A DNA stretch of 64,000 nucleotides. It comes from Catajapyx aquilonaris (lineage: Eukaryota). Below, piece after piece: positions 14,773 to 27,300 of this stretch. Under the pieces are notes generated by a model. It was not told where the DNA came from and searched no databases. It was given only the letters and a program-made list of their open reading frames with translations. The translations under genes and the position numbers were made by a program. Positions within the stretch are counted from its first letter, which is position 1; the number at the start of each line of letters is the position of its first letter. The stretch is from positions 62,001 through 126,000 of the forward strand of contig KZ537957.1 in assembly GCA_000934665.2 (NCBI GenBank), in the 5' to 3' direction.

Positions 14773-14888
14773 GCTGCTGAGATAATTAACCTGACAAATT
14801 AATAAAAGTAATTAATTTAAATAATCAATCTGGTGATTATTTAAATTAATTACTTTTATTAATTTGTCAGGTTAATTATCTCAGCAGC
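14773..14888. repeat. Perfect 55-bp-arm inverted repeat (hairpin, 6-nt loop)
   Basis: 14773-14827 is the exact reverse complement of 14834-14888; loop ATCTGG; AT-rich. Confidence 0.95.
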
Positions 14889-15111
14889 GCTTTATCAAGT
14901 AACCAATTATTGGTTACTTGATTAATTACGTTAACAAATCAACAATTTGACCAAGTCTTAACCGGGCATTTCACCACCACCCAAACCTGATCTCGTGAAC
15001 AAAAGACACGGGTTGTGCAAATCGGTCTTCAAAGAATGCGTTTGACACCAATTTCTTTCGGCCTTGTCAACAAAACTCCCGGTGAAAAGCAACTTTCCCT
15101 CAAGTGCTTAC

Positions 15112-15250
15112 CAATGGTCTTGATGATCTCAAAGTCTTCCAACGTGTATTCCCTGTCCTCCAGCACGTTGTTAGTTCCGTTGATTGCAGCGGGTGGTGGC
15201 TCTTTGGGAATGCTACCTTGCCGGCGGCGAGTCACTTTAGAGGACGCCAT
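15112..15250 (-). CDS. First coding exon of an AGC Ser/Thr kinase, PRKX/Pka-C3-like (partial; later exons not found in window)
   Basis: ATG at 15250 reads MASSKVTRRRQGSIPKEPPPAAINGTNNVLEDREYTLEDFEIIKTIG. It ends at a strong donor G|GTAAGC (phase 1) at the first Gly of the Gly-rich loop. YTLEDFEIIKTIG is the typical entry into subdomain I of PKA-family kinases. Subfamily assignment rests on this short motif only. Confidence 0.65.
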
Positions 15251-17103
15251 CCGAAGAGTGGTGGTAAACCAGGATATGACCAGCAGAATATGATGGGGGG
15301 ACAAAGACAGCTTCTTCACCTGGCAGCCACCAGCAGGAACTGTGCCAGGCCGGCAGGCACACTCATTGCACTTTTTATCACGGGGGGAAACACACACAGC
15401 GCAATGACCTGCTTGCCCCGCACACGTGTTGGCACCACCACTCCTTGGTTACATCTGCTCCTCAAGTGTCGCTGTCGCACTTTTCTTTCAGTTCCCGCCC
15501 TGCACGCGCTTTTCCTCGTCTGCTGCTTCCGCCGCCACCGCGCTTCTCTGGAGGAGGAGTACCACCGACCCACGGGGGGACACCAACCCCTTTTGCTACA
15601 GCAGGATGGTTGGTTCAGGTAATGGCCGGAAGGGGCGCTGAATTGTTGAACGAAAGGCGACATCTTTGGAGGGGTTTGGGAACTAGAACCCCAAGCGGGA
15701 ATTAAAGGGCTGACGAACCCCGGGAATTTTGCAATGAGCAAGTGGGGAAAAAACCAGTGGTTAGAAAATAGGATGAAGGAAGTGGGAATTCCTAGTAGCT
15801 AAATGTTGACTTGTAGTGACCTGCGTAAACAACCACAAACAGTAGCAGCAGCACATATTTGTATTGCAGCCCCCTAGCTTCCTATCCTCCTGAGACCCCT
15901 GGTACAGTATACTGTACCTTTGTTTTTTCCAGCACCTTCTGACTAACTCAAGCGCGTAAAAAAAACAAATGTACATATACTGTACCAGGGGTCTCAGGAG
16001 GCTATAGCAATAAACCAGCTGCAATGAACAATGAAGACAACTTTTTTGCTATAATAAACCGACTTTTTTTCCATTCGTCCTCACGCCATGAGTACAGCGT
16101 AACAATGCAATTAGGGAGTACTTTTTATACGGTTGAAGGACTTTGTCAATTACCCACTGTGATGAGAATAACTTTTTTTCCCCTCCTAGTATAGTCAGTT
16201 CGTGCAACTGGCAACCGTGTTTGTGGTTAGGACTGTTTCCACCTCCATATTATTATCCTTGTGGTGGGGGGAAGGAAGAGGAGGTTCTGCTGTCTTACTC
16301 CAGCAGTTGTGGCCATGAAGTGGTAGAGGATTGGCATAGTGTTGGAGGAAAGGAATTTCAATTGGCAGTAGGTAACAGTACCGTAAGGTGAAAGTGGAGA
16401 CAATTCTGCATGGAGATGAGTATCCCATATTGGTTATGGGCTAGCTTTGGAAAGGTGATCTCAGATATGCAAATTGCATCCCACCGGTATATCTTTTGCG
16501 TGATCGTGTCACTTTTTATGGAATTCTGATTCATTTTTGCGTTATCAAGTCATATGATGAGGTCAGGAAACGGGGCTTGAACGGAGATATTAATTTAGAA
16601 GATCTTACGTCAAGGTTATGCCTTTGCTACAGTTTTAAGTGAAAATGTCACGCTCCAAGTACGTACTTGAACCTTAATTTATTTTAATATGCTAGCAACT
16701 GACATTTGAAAGTAAGCTCTGTTGGCTAATTTTTTTGACTGTCCTAGATTGACAAGTTAGAAAAAATGCGAATTCGCTAAAATTAGACACGAAGGAGCTT
16801 GAAGGACGTAGGATGTGAGTTTGCTTCTGCCTTACGCTACACATTTTGGCCAGTCCTTCTCCCATTTGCCTAGCCATATATTACTTACCCACGCTATTTG
16901 AGGAATGAATGCCAGAAGCTACTACATTTTTAGGAGGCGGTTTTCATGTAGGACGCACAAATTGACATAATGTGGCGCAGATTGGTGCAAATATGTTTCT
17001 AACGTCTCGTACCCAGATTGACGTCAGATCTGTCGTGTGTGTATATATAGCTAACTCTGGCAAGCGATGGATAATCTGAAATATAATATTTCCTTTCACA
17101 GTC

Positions 17104-18201
17104 ATGGAACCTATGCAGCCGATGGATCCGGATGTGGAGGTTATAGAACAAAGACCGGTTAGAAACTTATATGCTGCGAAGAAAACTGTGGCTCAAAGTC
17201 TTCTTGATCTGGCATTGCTCACAGCCAATGCTAGTCAACTAAGGCACATCATAGCCAATTATCGTCATACACCATTATTCTACCTCAACTTTACCTTAAT
17301 CATAACTAGCCTCCTGATTCAGGTAATTTTTACTGTTTAATAGCCTAGAATTTTGTCAAAGAGATGCTAATGTAAATTCCAAAATGTGGCCTCCAATTCT
17401 CTCAGTGATGACATGAGAGGTCAGGTATTGATATGTCATGTATGGGTACGGGAGCTGAATACTAATCGCAGGTTATTCTTGGACACATAAAATAGCGCTT
17501 CAAAATGCGTTGTGCAAAGTGTTCATGACAATGGCTCTGTCATGCATGTCGAAAACGTTAAAAAAATGCATCCTGTACCCCCCGGAAAATCATTTTTCAA
17601 CGGTGTTTTTTTGTGTCTACCCATCTGTAAATAGGAATTCCTACGTAACTGAAGTGGGTCGAGATATTGTATAGCCCTAGACTAAATTATATTGAAAAGT
17701 AATTACTCTCCGTCACCGAATGCTCTACATACCAGTGCAAGAAACCGACCTTGATTACTCCTGTTTTTGTTTACCCCCCACTAAAGCAATCCATCTTGTA
17801 ATCCGTAATTCATCCCCGTCCCAATGTGACTAAAGACACATGGCGGTTAGGGTGATTAATTCTTTGGGGGCTTGTGGCTGCGGCACGTTTAGAACCATAA
17901 CTCATGGAATCCAGCAGCATCTCTTTGATGAATGGGAGCGATCTGTGATCGATATATCTGTGGTAATTGCGTGAAACCGTGACAGGTGACGGTGGGCGTG
18001 GCGGTGATCCTGGCTGGGCGCCTCGACATGGTGGCTACCGATGGATCCCCGTCCCGGATGGCTAACAGGATCGGAAACCATGTCCTCCTGGGTGTCTTTC
18101 TCCTCACGGTCATCAATGTCTTCATCACTGCTCTGCCGCTCAGGCCAGAGGCTGGAGAAGGAATGATGATGATGGACACTGCCACGGCAGCGACATCCTA
18201 G
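17104..18201 (+). CDS. Ninjurin family membrane protein, 144 aa; exons 17104-17322 and 17986-18201
   Basis: Exon 1 has the ninjurin signature YAAKKTVAQSLLDLALLTANASQLR plus TM1 (FYLNFTLIITSLLIQ). A phase-0 intron runs CAG|GTAATT...GACAG|GTG. Exon 2 has VGVAVIL and TM2 GVFLLTVINVFITAL, stop TAG at 18201. An acceptor (TTTCCTTTCACAG) 2 nt before the ATG implies an additional upstream exon. Confidence 0.92.
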
Positions 18202-18296
18202 AAATCGTCCAAGTGGATTGTTGATCCCGTTCAACAATTATTGTTTCAGTTAGAACAATAAGGAAAATGCATTTATGATACCGTGATGGTTGGTGT

Positions 18297-18456
18297 AATA
18301 AAAGTGGGTTGTCCGGAAGTTAGGAGTTTTATAGCCTGCTTGATGCGTGGTGTTGAATTGTAATTTCTGGGAGGAGTTAATTTCTTATTGTTATTGCATG
18401 TTATGCGTACTTCCTGTACACCTCATTGTATGGAGCACTAATGTAAAGCAAATAAA
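18297..18456 (+). terminator. Candidate ninjurin polyadenylation signals
   Basis: AATAAA at 18297-18302 and 18451-18456; the second is followed by a GT-rich tract (TGTGTGTTGTATT). Confidence 0.5.
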
Positions 18457-19162
18457 ATATTATTACTGCAATGTGTGTTGTATTATATCATAATATAGAC
18501 TGAGTTGCCAAGTTTGATTCTCGTTTAAATTGTTAATGGTTCAACTATACTAATAACACCTGAAGAGGCGCGCGGTAGGTAACATACAAACTTAAGCATG
18601 ACAAGGACCGTAAGCAGTACAAATTACCCCACTGAAGTGACCATGTAAAGTGGACTGGCCATATAAATTTTCCTTGGGGTTGATTAATAAAATTACAATT
18701 ATTGCATTATTAGGTCATTTCACCGACTTGACATCCTACAAAATTGCGCAGCTTGCAGGTAGATTGAGAATAATATTGAGAATGTAAAATAATGTCAGCT
18801 GCACAGATCCAATAGTTACATACTGCATTACCTACAGATATCATGATAAAGGTCTAACTACTTCGAGTACTTAGTACGATTCCATTGTCAGTGATAATAA
18901 AGAAATGGGAGTTTTTCCGTTCCTTGATAATAATTAATTAACTTACTCCAGTGTGAGTGTTTCCATTGAAAAATAACCTTGCGCAATTCCTAGCAGATTC
19001 GTAACAAGATTGACCATAGCCACTTCTTTCCGGCGGTATTCTTATCTGCACATACTTGAGTGAATTGAGACGAGAAAGAAAAAAAAAATTGCCCTTTGAG
19101 AGCTCTGTTCCCAATATCATCATTATTCACTCCAACAAAAACTCAGATTTACTAATGACATA

Positions 19163-19274
19163 GGGTGGAATTTTCGTCGTACTGCTAGTTACTGCTAAGT
19201 TAGCAGTACTACCAGTGTAGTCCATTGGAATTGCTAAGTTAGCAGTAACTATCAGTGTGATGGAAATTCCACCC
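19163..19274. mobile_element. Short palindromic MITE-like element (GGGTGGAATTT termini)
   Basis: About 43-bp imperfect arms: GGGTGGAATTTTCGTCGTACTGCTAGTTACTGCTAAGTTAGCA versus TGCTAAGTTAGCAGTAACTATCAGTGTGATGGAAATTCCACCC. TSD is not clean. Confidence 0.65.
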
Positions 19275-21179
19275 ATGATTTCATAAATAGGGGGCAGAGA
19301 TTGTTAAAAAGAGAGACAATGGCATTTGTGAACTTAAATTGCATTGACTTCTGCTATTACATACAAGACTGTACAGTATTTGTTTACAGTGTTCGACAAA
19401 ATGTACACATAAGCTGTACAAAAAGCTGAGTAAGCACAATGCACAACTGAACTTGTGAATAATCCGAGTGGACAGCTGGATAGCTCACAGTAGTTTGGCA
19501 GAAGCAAAGAGTGCACATAAATAAATTGGCAGCAGGTCATTACATGGCAGAAATGGTGGGCCCAGAATTCTTTTGGGGACCTTGATGAATAGTTGAAGTA
19601 GGTATGAGGCAAGACAGCACTGATATCCCACTACGTGAGTTACCTACGACAATTAGACCTTGATTTGTTACAGAGTGTGGTTGGCGAATCTCTTCCTGTA
19701 CTCTGATGAAGCACATTAAAAAAAAACTTTCAGGCAAGATACTTGTAGTCTTTACAGGCAGAGGGTAAATTAAATGAACGTATGACTCCTTCTTCCTCCG
19801 AGTCACTTCCTCCAGTATCAATTTTCATTTTACACGCATTACCCAACGATTGCCTGTACTCTTGCAAAGCTTCCTGCAACATACATTTCATCCGAAAAAA
19901 TTCATGAGAACGATGTTCTGTAATGTAACTGTTCACAAGTCAGTAAGCAACATCAGCATTTTCCATTTCATCATTTTGAGGACATGCACCACGGCAGTGT
20001 CCAACAACTGTAGGCAGAACATGTTTCTGGTATCTCCGATGGAGTCACAAAATCATTTTATATATCTCTAAACTGTCGTAGATTTTATCAGAGGTACAGC
20101 ACATTTTCTGAGGACAAAATAAAAAAGTATAGTACATGGCAAAATCTCAGTCTTCACAAAGAAATTCAATTCGTACTCAAAACATAAATAAATTAACACT
20201 CAAGGTTACGTCTACGTACAACTTGTTCTTCATGTGGCAGTCTAAAATGGATAAGAAAGAAAGCAACACATGACCACATTCATTCTTTCATCCCAATGTT
20301 ACACAACTCATGGATTTACATGTCTGAGTAATATTGCATCAGGAAAAACAAAACTGTTATGACCAGATCTCCTGACACATGAACTGTTGATGAGGCTGTG
20401 GCGGATAAAGCGAGCTATCAGGGAGGACAAAAAAGCTCTCGAGTGCAACAAAATCAAGTGACAAATAGGCTATGCACATTCGCTTACTCCCACCTTATGT
20501 GCTCAGACTAAGTGCCACTAAATACCTGTCACTTTACTCTCCAGCCTTTCATCTTGATGGAACCACAGCTATGAAGAAATAGTTCAACAGAGTAGTGTCC
20601 TAGGGATTAGCATTTGTGCATCTTCCAACGTGGTAATTAGATGCACTTCATTGTCAGTATTTACAGATAAATATTTTCTTCGGCCATTATTTCCTCTGTA
20701 GTATGGATGATGAGTTTTATGTGCAGACAAAACACCTATATGAGGATGGTTCCGCAGTGTTGTAAAAGCGCTTTGGAAAACTTTCACAATATGAAATGCA
20801 CAATGTTGGTTAAAAAAAACTCAGGAATGTTGGCGATTTCCTGAGTCAAAAAAGGTACAAACTGACAGGGAGTCAAAATTTTGCACATAGAAGGCTTTCC
20901 GAATGCAGGGCACACACTGCGGTTTCACTCCTCCAGACACACACATTTCCTTTGCAAAAAAAAAGCAAGGCGTAAGTAGTTGTCATGCTTTGGGAGAAAC
21001 GCTTTGCCTCTCTCCTGCCACACAAATAAGAGTCCTCATTTTCTACCTAACTGGAATGTCTGTTAACGCCCCACCTGATGAAGCATGAGAATAAAAAGTG
21101 CACACATTGACCAAAAAAAGCTTCACTCGACACCAGTCCCAATGTCCGGAGAACTCATGTCATGTCCAGTGGCTGCATC

Positions 21180-21348
21180 CTACTTTTTCACTAAACTCCG
21201 TATCTTGCTGGTTCGTGACTGGTTCCGCATTGGAGTGGGGCTGCTGTTGTTGCTACTTCCACTCCCACTGCTGCTTCCACCACCTTGATGAGGAGTAGTT
21301 TCGCCACCAGTGTCACTCTTGTCCTTGGCTGCCTGCTCCTTGGCGGTC
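21180..21348 (-). CDS. SCHIP1: SCHIP1 terminal coding exon
   Basis: Acceptor CCGCCATTCAG| after a 100-nt phase-2 intron; reads [12 protein letters not shown]...RSLVKK then TAG. Confidence 0.8.
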
Positions 21349-24300
21349 CTGAATGGCGGGAAATGGTCACTGGTCAGGTGTGAGGGCCTTCTGCCTGATT
21401 TCATTGTGGCTGTTGTTGGGTATTAGCGAAACTGGATGTGGTACTCACAAGTATCGAGTCAAATCTTCAATGTCGACCAGCATTGAATCTTGCTCCATGT
21501 GGAGGTCATCACGTTCAAGGAGGAGTTTCACCAGCTCTTCATTCAGGACTGAAAAGAGGGTAGGCATTATCTCTCCAGCTACTGCAGTAAGGCAACTGCG
21601 CATGCACCAGGGAGAAGTTTGTATTTCACTTGCCTGCCTCTACACAGGCAGAAATAACTCAGTATGAAGCAATGTTGTGTAATCTTATACGTTGTACTGC
21701 ACAATGGTCATAATATTGGCATACTGTAAGAGTGACATGGGAGAAATGCGCCCACAAATGTGCATAATTATGTTTTACTGTACTTATTCAATAAAATAAC
21801 CTTTCCATATGTGATACTAATAATTCGAAAACCAGTCGAAAACACTTTTGATCCTTCACAATGTATTAAATTCTAAAGTCACATGAGACAACAAGGTTAC
21901 TCTTCCTATACAAGTGAATTTTTTGAACAGGAACTTTAACTTATTAACTTCATAATTATGCATGTGCCACTGAACATGTGACGTGAGAGAAAATCATTGC
22001 TGCAAATGTTGTTTCTTCAAGTCAGAGCTAATCAGTTTTGTGTTAATAAGTAAAAACTGGTCAAGAAAAGTATGTAATGATTTGATGAGTTACTCCACTA
22101 TTATCACACAACAACCACCACTTTTCATGTGAACCAGTTTTTTTTTTAAACCTGGCAATGCCATCCTAATTCCTCATGCTAGATAGGTGGGAAGGTTGTT
22201 TGATTGGGAAGTTGATGCAACTAAGGTGTACAGATGGGAATTTTACTTTACAGCCAAGTACATTTAGAACTTGGGAATGGTCACATCATTGCACACTCAA
22301 TGTATGTGATTAGAAGGTGGTACAATTCTACTTTGCGGACTATAAGATGTGATGATATTTATTGGGTGAAGAGAGACCTCCCTGTGAGAATGGGTGGACT
22401 GAATTAGGTAGCATATTGGAATGTTCCTGAATAATCACACATTGGTTTCAAAGTGTTTGCATTTGGCCAGTGTGATTGCTTGCTTCTAAGTTGCACTCGA
22501 AATGTGGTGTCACAGATTCTTTGCAGCTGAGATCTTGTCAATCTGTATTTTACATTCTTTACCATTCAGAGAATCTTGCATGCCCAAGAGTGTTGAAAAC
22601 TTCCAACTGTGAATGTTATAATTAAAACCATCAATTTCTATTGCAGTACTTACTCTCAATTTGGGTGTGTAAGTCATTGACAATGATCTGTAGTTGGGCC
22701 ACATTCATTTCAGTGAGGATCTGCCGGCTTACGCGCCTCCTGTCTGGTGGGAACGCAATTCCAGCCTGAAAGACACACTGTATAAGTATCTAGTCATTGA
22801 AATGCAAATCCAGCTCACCAACCTTTTCCAAGCTGTGGCGAACCATCTCGGTGATGGGGCTCTTCTTCCGCTGCTGCCTCTCGATCTCCATTTGCATGTG
22901 GGCCATTTCCTTTGCCTGGGCCAGTGCCAGGCGGGCCTCAGCCTGCAACTTGGCTTGCTTGGCAAAGAAGTCCATCTCTTCCTCCTCTTCCTCTTCCACT
23001 TTTTGCTGCTTGGCAGGGACTATGGCTGGAGTGCTCTTGGATAGAAGATGTCCGTGTGGCTTCATGCTCGACAAAAGTGGCTGAAAAATTGCAGTTGAAT
23101 TATGGGCATGCAAAGGCGGGGTGTAATGTCATGCAGTGTTCAAGTAAAAAGGCATCCTTGCATGGCAGAGTAACAATATGCATTGAAACAGCTAAAAATG
23201 TAACAGTATGCCATATACTACAGTTGAGGTCTCCCTTTCATAAAAATCTTTGTGAACTGGGTCAATCTGGCAAATTGTGGGATGCATGTGTGACATCCCC
23301 ACCCATTGAGTTTCCCTCTTTGTGCATGTGACGGATGTGCTAACAAAAGACATTCCAGCAGAAAGCGGTTGTGTGATGTTACCCAATTTTTGCTGTAATT
23401 GAAAGGTGTGCATAATAATAATAATGATGATAATAAACATTTTGAGAGAAAAACAACAAGGAAATCTCCCCATATCAATTTGATAAATTCTCTCTTATAT
23501 TACTTGGGACTCTTGGATCTAAAGATTAGCCTGCTCCTGACCACTATGTCTTTGCCATGCTGCATTACAATGAACTTTTTATCTTGAACTACCAAAAATT
23601 GCATTTAAAAACCTTGGATACAGCCTGTAGTCCATTATGAGCTGGTTCCTTTTCTGGTTTGTTGGCTCGGTCCTGACCAAGGAGCGAGGACAACGGGGTT
23701 TCTGTGTCTGAACCAACAGAATCGCTGTCAGAAGCAGTCTCATTCATGAAGCAGATTTGCAAGTTCATCCCTACGAAAACAACGCGATTTACTTCCACGT
23801 GAGCAAGTCACTGTTTCGGAAATCCCGTCCTTTTCTTGGCGGGCAGTTTTTTATAAAATTCTCTACATACCACTCTGCAGCCTGGACTGTAGACTCGGCT
23901 TGCGTCCTGGGCGGTCACTCCCATAGTAGTCATCGGTATCAGAGCCCATTGCCAGGCGTCGTCGGATCTCTTCCCTGTCATTGAGCCGCTGCAATAATAA
24001 TAGTGTTTTAGTAAGTGTGTACAGCCCAGAGTATGTATCACAAGACATGTTGAACATTACTCTCTGGATAGGGTTCAAAAGAAATGGAAAGAGCTAGACC
24101 ATGAACCACTTTTTGCATGTCCTCCATATGTTTCCACCCAATCACTTACACCTTCGTCATCTGGAGTAATGACCCTAATGAAGCGATCGACAATGCTCTC
24201 CGCCTCCTCCTCATCATCATTGATGGTCTTGCATGAGACCCACTTCATCTGGTTGTCCACCACGACCGGCCACCTGAGGTCCGGTGGCACCCTCCTCCGA

Positions 24301-27300
24301 GGTGTGCGTGCCCCCCTGCCTCCCCTCCCTCCAGCCCCTGGTCCAGCAGCATCTCCTCCTCCTCCTCCCCTGAGCATGCGAGAGACCCTCTCCGAGTGAG
24401 TGACCACGGACGAGACCAGGCTCCCGGAGAGGATCTTGGTCTGCTCCTTGAGGGACTGCAGGTTGAACCCAGCCGACACTGCCCTCTCCTTGCCCGCCTT
24501 CAGGCTGCTCATCAGGTTGTCCAGCATGGCTGGTCCTCACTGGGGCTCTGGCCAAGGGGCAGCGAGTGTTGTCTATTATGCAGACAGGGGCGTTGGGTCA
24601 GCGTGGGAAGCGGGCCATGGTCCCTGCCCACTCCCAAAAGGAGCACAACACGTAAACAAAGGCGCTCCTCTGCGAAGAAAACAGGTGGGAGCTTCGGATG
24701 CGGCCCACTCTGATACGGATATTCGGTCGCGCCCTACCCGGATCGCATTAATTATAATTTATTCAAGTTGGGTTTTTACACCCAGCTTTAAAAATAGTTT
24801 ATGTTTAATATAATTAATGTTGTATGAAGTGAATATAAACGTCTATTCGCAATGTAACAAGAAACTGCGTCTGGTAACAATTGGGCGCGAAAAGCCGGCT
24901 TCAACCAGGTGCATGTCGCTGTGTCTTTTTGTGCGGATCTCTCTGGTTTTCCTCATCTTTTTTCATCTGTTCATGGCGGTTCAGGGTAATGCTCCAGGAG
25001 GGTAATACACATTGGTCCTGGGTGTGGGAATACCCTGTACGTAACCACACACCGACTCAAGAGGCCGCATGATTGTGGAGTTTGCCCACTTTATGGTTAA
25101 GTTGCTTTCCAAAATGTGGCGTTTTTCTGCAGGGGCGATGCATATTCACGCCTCATAACCATGGGTGTGGTGTGCTATACAACTGGTTAAGTGGTATGCA
25201 CTGGGATATTGTTTGGGCAGTGTAACCTTTCAGCGATATGTGTGTGCACCACCTCGCGTTTGCTGTTTACAGTGTACAATGGGCACACATTGTGCAATCT
25301 GGTGGAAGGGGCTGTGCGTGGCTAGAATAATGCAGGTTCAGCCAAGTAACTGGTGGTGTATGATGCATTTCAAACGCATTGGAATTTTTGTGGAGTTGAT
25401 ATTATTGTGAAGCTGTTACTCACATCATGCACATTCAGAGGTCACCTGTCTTTGTGCAGAATGTTTCAGGTATACTGCTTCTTGTACAGTATTACACTAA
25501 TTACAGCATATGTCAAGCTGGATCCTTCGACAGGAAACCTGCCAGTTCCTTACTTCTGCAATGATCAGGGTGACAACTCCAGGTAAGGGGATTCCTGATC
25601 CATCCCAAGAACAAAATACACCACATCATTTGACATGGAAGTCAATATGGCATGTGGTGACTACAAGTTTTGATCATTAAACCAGGCGAACTGTATGGGA
25701 TATTCTGTTTCATAGGCAGTTTGTGTTATATTGACGTGGGAAATTCCATAACCAACATGATATGACAATAACATGGTGATTCCATCCATCAAATCTAATA
25801 CGTCCCTACACATCATAATGACTCTCCTCAGTAAAAACCACGAACGGCATAGTATTTCAGTAAGCCTAATTTTGTTGACTGTTGACTGGTGATCTCACAT
25901 TAATTTTACTGCTTTCTGATTACGTATGGTACAGTATTTCACATTTCCACGAGTGCAAGAAGTTTTCATTAACCTTCTCCCTACCATGTAACTATTTTTT
26001 CCCATACGAAACTCTGCTGAAACCGTGCAGCTATAACACCGTGTAAATTGTGACACTGTTCCGAGCACCAAGGTAAATTCCCACGACTCACTCAATTTTC
26101 TTACTACGACATTGTCCATTATTAGTTTATTACATTTCTACTTCCCTGGCACGAGAATAATATGACCGAGAAGAACCGGCCTAGCACACATTTACTATGG
26201 AAGTAAATTAGCCTTATACGACATATTTTCACGTTTCCCTTTGGGTAGGCCTATTGACTGAAATCATGTTGGCCTTATAGGGTCACGGACAGCATAATTA
26301 TTATCTTTAACTATCGCAATTTCCCTCTAGCATGTGCATTCTTTCCTGTGTGTTACCGAGTCTCAATTTGCAGGATGTCTTAAAAATTGTTCTTTGCTTC
26401 CTACCTGATAGGATATCATGCATGGATCGCTTACTTAAGGCCATGGAATTGGACCTTGGCGAATTTTATCTGCCATATTTAGAGCAAACAATATGGTTGC
26501 GCATGATTGGAAAGCCTGTTACTAGAATTTTAATTTTCTCTCTTCAGGCTGAATGCAACAGTATGTTTTCAGTTGTGAATTAAATTGAAATAACCGCATT
26601 TACTTAACTGGAGTGGATAGAGGGACAATGTCATTTACATTTAGGTAAATAAACAATTTTTGTACAGTGCAGCTGTGAGTGGAGCATATCCATCTGCATA
26701 TATATATATATATATATATATACCTTATATTGGCTACGTTATACAGTATAATGGAGCTATGCAGAGCAGTTAATGATTTCTCCTGAAGACTTCACATATC
26801 GCATGTGTAAGTCAATATGGGGCAGGGATTAATATCGAAGGTTCAAGTGTCAGTTGATAAAAGTAACACCCAATATTTAATATAATAACCTTCTATAAAA
26901 GGTCTTTTATAGACCCAACACTTTCAGATAGTATAATTTTGAGTGACAAGATTAGCCAGGAAGGTTTCATGCTCTGTCAAAATGATCTCAGTAAATAGAA
27001 CACACTAATAATATTATTTGGAAGGTCCTATTGTCAAAAGCTAGGGTCTATTCAGTGCGTTGAACCCGACACAATTGCATAAGATAATGCTCTAATTAAC
27101 CTAATTAGGCACAATAATTTTTAGTGCCCTTGGAGGCTCAGACGTTCCTGTCTGGAAAACTCAGGTATATAAGTGTGACATACACTTACATGAAACATTA
27201 TTGTTATTCCTGGTTTTACCGATCGAATTCATGATGACGCCTGATGTGAATCACAGTCAGGGATGTGGGAAAGCTATAAAGTTCAGAATCGACTTCTTAG

